Positions 60,247-64,000 of a DNA stretch of 64,000 bases are shown here, piece by piece. Positions within the stretch are counted from its first letter, which is position 1, and each line of letters opens with the position of its first letter. The stretch is from NCBI RefSeq assembly GCF_018350175.1, contig NC_058368.1:82462001-82526000 (forward strand). Reading direction: 5' to 3'. Made by a program: the position numbers and the translations under genes. This DNA comes from Felis catus. Lineage: Eukaryota. Under the pieces are notes generated by a model that saw only the letters and a program-made list of their open reading frames with translations, ran no database searches and had not been told where the DNA came from.

Positions 60247-63200
60247 CTGTGCTAAGTGAACACCCTGCACAGCCAGTCTGATTGAGGCTGTGTTGCTGTA
60301 TCCTATCTGGGAAGAATTTAAACTGGAGCATGATTCCCACAGAAATTCCCAGATCGGTGGTCACTTGAGTGGGAAGGCCACTGGGAAGGGTGGCATGTGC
60401 TTAAAAATTGTCCAGCAACTGGGCTATCTTGGAGCTAATCATATGTGACACCCAGTGCCCTTTGCCCAGTGGGCCGCTGGGTGACCTTGATGACACCAGG
60501 GCTGCCCTGTAATGCCCTAAGCTATTTTGGCAAGAACAGGGGAGCTGCTGCTGTGGCCGTGCACCCCAGGCCAGGGCAGAGGCAGGACAAGGAGGGGAGG
60601 AGGCCCCAAGGCCAGACAGACACAGACAGGGTCCCACAGTGTGTGCACATCCATGCGTGCCCTCGTGTGTGTGCTGTGGCCGTTCTCTGGAGACAGACGA
60701 GGGCACTGCTAATCATAACAGGTGAGGAAGCCGTTGGGTGTGAGGGGCAGGGCTCTGTGCTCAGAGTAGGGTGCATGGAAAACCGTGTCCCTTAATGCTG
60801 TGGACACCCCTCCCTCCACAACCCTGCACAAGCAGAAGGCAGGGGTGCTTGTTGGGCGGGGGCCCATGAGCCCAGAGCACCAACCAGGGCAAGTCCGCGG
60901 TGCAGCCCCGAGCGGCCCTGGGATGGAGTTGGGGCTCTGACATTGTATGCCCCTGCAGAAGTAAGGGAGCTGGTGACGGGGTTTATTCCTGCCTCCTGTG
61001 GTCACCAAGAGTTTGGCCGATGGCTCCTTGGGGAGCAGGGAGCTCAGAGTCTGACAGTCCTATTTGTTCACCCAAGGTGATGGGACCCAGGATGAGCGAG
61101 AGCTTGCACAGATTCTAGAAGGAGCCAAGAGGGCCTGGGAAAAACATATGCATGGGGACTGGAGCCGGGACTCAGAAAGACTTGCTGAAAAGGCCAGGTG
61201 TTCCCCGGCAGATTCCAGCACATGCGTGGGGCTCTCCTGCTGACCGTGGCCCTGGGCACCTACATCTGATTCTCAAACTGCCAATGCACGAACCTGTAGA
61301 GGAGGTGTTCTGGCTGACAGGAGCAGGTCCCTGGACACACTGCCGTGGGAACAAGCAGGCAGTGGGGGTGTAAGAAACCCCAAGGCAAAGCCCCTTTGGG
61401 TACCACCAGCCAGCAGTCACCTTTGGGAGGGTCCCAGCTCCATCCCCTCCCCCAGTAGATTGTCTCTGGGAGTGAGATCTCCATGCCATCTGCCTGGGAC
61501 CTGTTGTGCAGGACCCAGGGGCTGGGGGCATGATGTGTGCTGTCCTGGCTCCTTCCCCTGTAATTCCGGACTGTGAGCCCTGACTGCTCTTCCTGCCTTT
61601 TCCAGGAACCCGCGTCAAGCCTTGGCACGCCGAAAGCTCCAGAGAACCAAAGCAGCCACAGGGCAGGGCTCAGGCTGTCTTCACGTCCCGCTGTGGGACC
61701 TGAGGGGCGTTTCTTATAATTCCCAAGAGCCGGTGTAGGAAAACCCAGTGCTGGACGGAACACACAGGCACCATGTTGCAGAAGGGGTCCCCTGCTTTTC
61801 TCAAGGACAATCAAACCCTGCAGACCATGGCCATGCCCCTGCTGTGGGGGAGGGGCCGGTTATGGGAGGGGCAAGAAAGACCCTGGAAGTGAATGTTTCA
61901 GGCATCTACAACATGAAATACTTCGGGATGAATCTGATGGAAGTGTGAGTGCCAGAGGGCGTTGCTGCGGGAGACAAAGAACCAGGCAAGCCCAGGTGCC
62001 CCCTTCGTCCCCACTCCAGCACTGGGCTCCCCAAGCCCGTGCAGCTTCCCAAGTGAGCACAGTATCACTTGCTATCCACAAAGGACCGCTTTCTCCCACA
62101 CCGAACTCCTGGCTCCTGGCCAGGGGAACACGACCCCCGGGAGGCTGCTGCTTAAGCCCATCCCCAGTGGCCGGAGATTGGATCCATTGCACCCTCAACA
62201 TGAAGATAAAAACTCTTGGATGGTGAAGTTCACCAAGCTCTGCTTCGCAGTCCCTGGCAGAGCGCAGGAACCAGGGGTCTCCGCGTCAGTCAGCTCTGCA
62301 GTGGGGGAGCCTCTCGGGACAGAGCCCGCAGCCTGCAGGGTCCATGCTGGCTCCAGGAGTGCCAGAGTGGGATCGCAGGACAGCCAATGCCTTGGTGCCA
62401 GAGAATCGGGAAGTGGTGTTCGCACTGCCTGCTCTTGGCTCCCACACAGTGATGGAGAGGTCTCAGCAGAGGGAGGGGGCGCTCTGTTCTGACCTCTGGA
62501 CACCCGCTGGAGCTCAGTCCTTTGTGCAGGGAACAGATGTGAGCAAAGCTGGGCACGAGCCTTCCCCTCCGGGACCCCTCTTCCAGCAAGGTTTGTGCTG
62601 GGTGAGGTGATGGCCCCTCATGCTTTGGGACTGGTACCAGCAGGCATTGGACCTGGGGAGCCCATCACAGTCATGGGCTGGCCGGTGACCCTGCTGGCCC
62701 CACACCCCACCTGGATCTGTCTTCCCCTGCTCAGACCTCAGCCCTTCCACATCCAGCCCTTGTTGCTCACTAACCAGCCCTTAGCCAGGGAGCTTAAGTG
62801 GCCCCTCACCCCATCATGTGTCTCAAAGTTGGACATTGGTTTGCATTTTGCAAAGAAAACCAGCGACTGAAACAGACGTGTGTGTGTGTCAGAGGAACCA
62901 GGGAAATCACATTTCCCAATAATTTATGTAGAAAACCATGCCAAACAGAGACTGGAGCCCAGATTGCAATGGAGGGGTGCCGAGACGAGACTGAAACCTC
63001 AGGCGGAGGAAAACAGAGCAGGGGGGCTGTCCAAGCCCCTCCTTCAGACCTGTTTCCTGGGATCTGTGTCCCCATCCTCTATCAGGAAGGAAACAGCACC
63101 AGGACAGCTTGTACACGACCCCATGTCAGTGGTCAGAGGCCCAAATGGAGGGGACCAGGCTCTGACTGGCTGCTGGCTTTGCAGCCTAGCCTGGAAAATT

Positions 63201-63867
63201 TCCAGAAGGGCTCCTTCATAGGTCCTGTGTGTGGCTGGCTTGAGCAATTCCCCCACAACAGAGATTTGCAGGGTGGGTGGGGACTGGGAAACAAGCTTCT
63301 CAAGGTCACACAGGCAAGTTAAGTGTTTGGGGTGTGACTGAAGGTATCAGTGCATGTGCCCGCCCCCCCCCCCCCAGGATTCCACACCTGGCCGGCCAGC
63401 GGCAGCCAACGGCGCGGCCCCAGGCGGCCCTGAGGGGCTGTCCCTGGGCTTCAGGTCCAGTCGGTTGAAGACAGAAGCCTGTCTCCTGATGGACAGCAGT
63501 GAAGTTGCTCTGAAGCAACGAAGACAGAGACGTGATAGCGCCCGGGGTGCCGCTTTGAGAGGGGGGTGCTTAGAACATGAGGCGCAGGATGCAGCTCCCC
63601 CGGGGGGATGAATCCAGAAGTGGGTGCATGCCCACCAGGGAGGGACAAGGCTGTCTCCCTGGGGATCCAGCGGCTGCGGGATCAGAGGGAGCACAGGGTC
63701 ATTGGCGTGTGTCTGAGGGACCCTTGTGGGCGGGGCATGAGGACCCTGCCTTTTCCAGGTCCCCAGGGACCTAGATGGAGGACTGGAGGCCAGTGGGGCA
63801 TCCGGACTGGCTTGGTGGGGGCAGAGCCAGGATGCGGACCTGGCTCCCTTGGAACCTGTGTTCCCTG

Positions 63868-63912
63868 ATGCTGCGACCTTAGTTTTCTTATCTGTGTAAT
63901 GGGATTGCCCAC
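63868..63912 (+). mobile_element. Short MIR core remnant
   Basis: ccttagttttcttatctgtgtaatggga. Confidence 0.45.
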
Positions 63913-64000
63913 TCCCTCTGGGTCTCAAGGCCTTGTCGGAATAGAATTCATCTAACCCTGCAGCCCAGAGGGCACATTCTCCTGCTCCCAGCAGAGGTCA

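Noticed and set aside
61902..61944. Plus-strand 43-nt micro-exon candidate (tttcag|...|gtgagt)
   Set aside because: The upstream tract is purine-rich, the peptide is unrecognised and there are no partner exons.

Overview
Mammalian genomic DNA from a felid (domestic-cat-like), judged from about 18 tRNA-Lys-derived Can-SINEs, most with felid-type bodies, plus an L1_Fc-type 3' end. The window is GC-rich unique DNA interleaved with old L1 fragments, MIR, L2 and MaLR relics, a Tigger1-derived MITE, a class-I ERV solo LTR, microsatellites and three minisatellites. I recognise no known protein-coding gene, RNA gene or CRISPR array, and almost all ORFs in the supplied track look like chance or repeat-derived frames. 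The most interesting signal is a set of minus-strand exon-like segments between about 27.0 and 41.4 kb. The best is a 309-nt, fully open phase 1-1 segment at 36316-36624 with strong splice sites. Its neighbours carry stops, apparent frameshifts or a SINE insertion. Together they may be an unrecognised, probably decaying multi-exon gene with faint SEA-like and EGF-like character; this is a hypothesis, not an identification. Repeat subfamily names come from recalled consensus sequences, and boundaries of old repeats are approximate.
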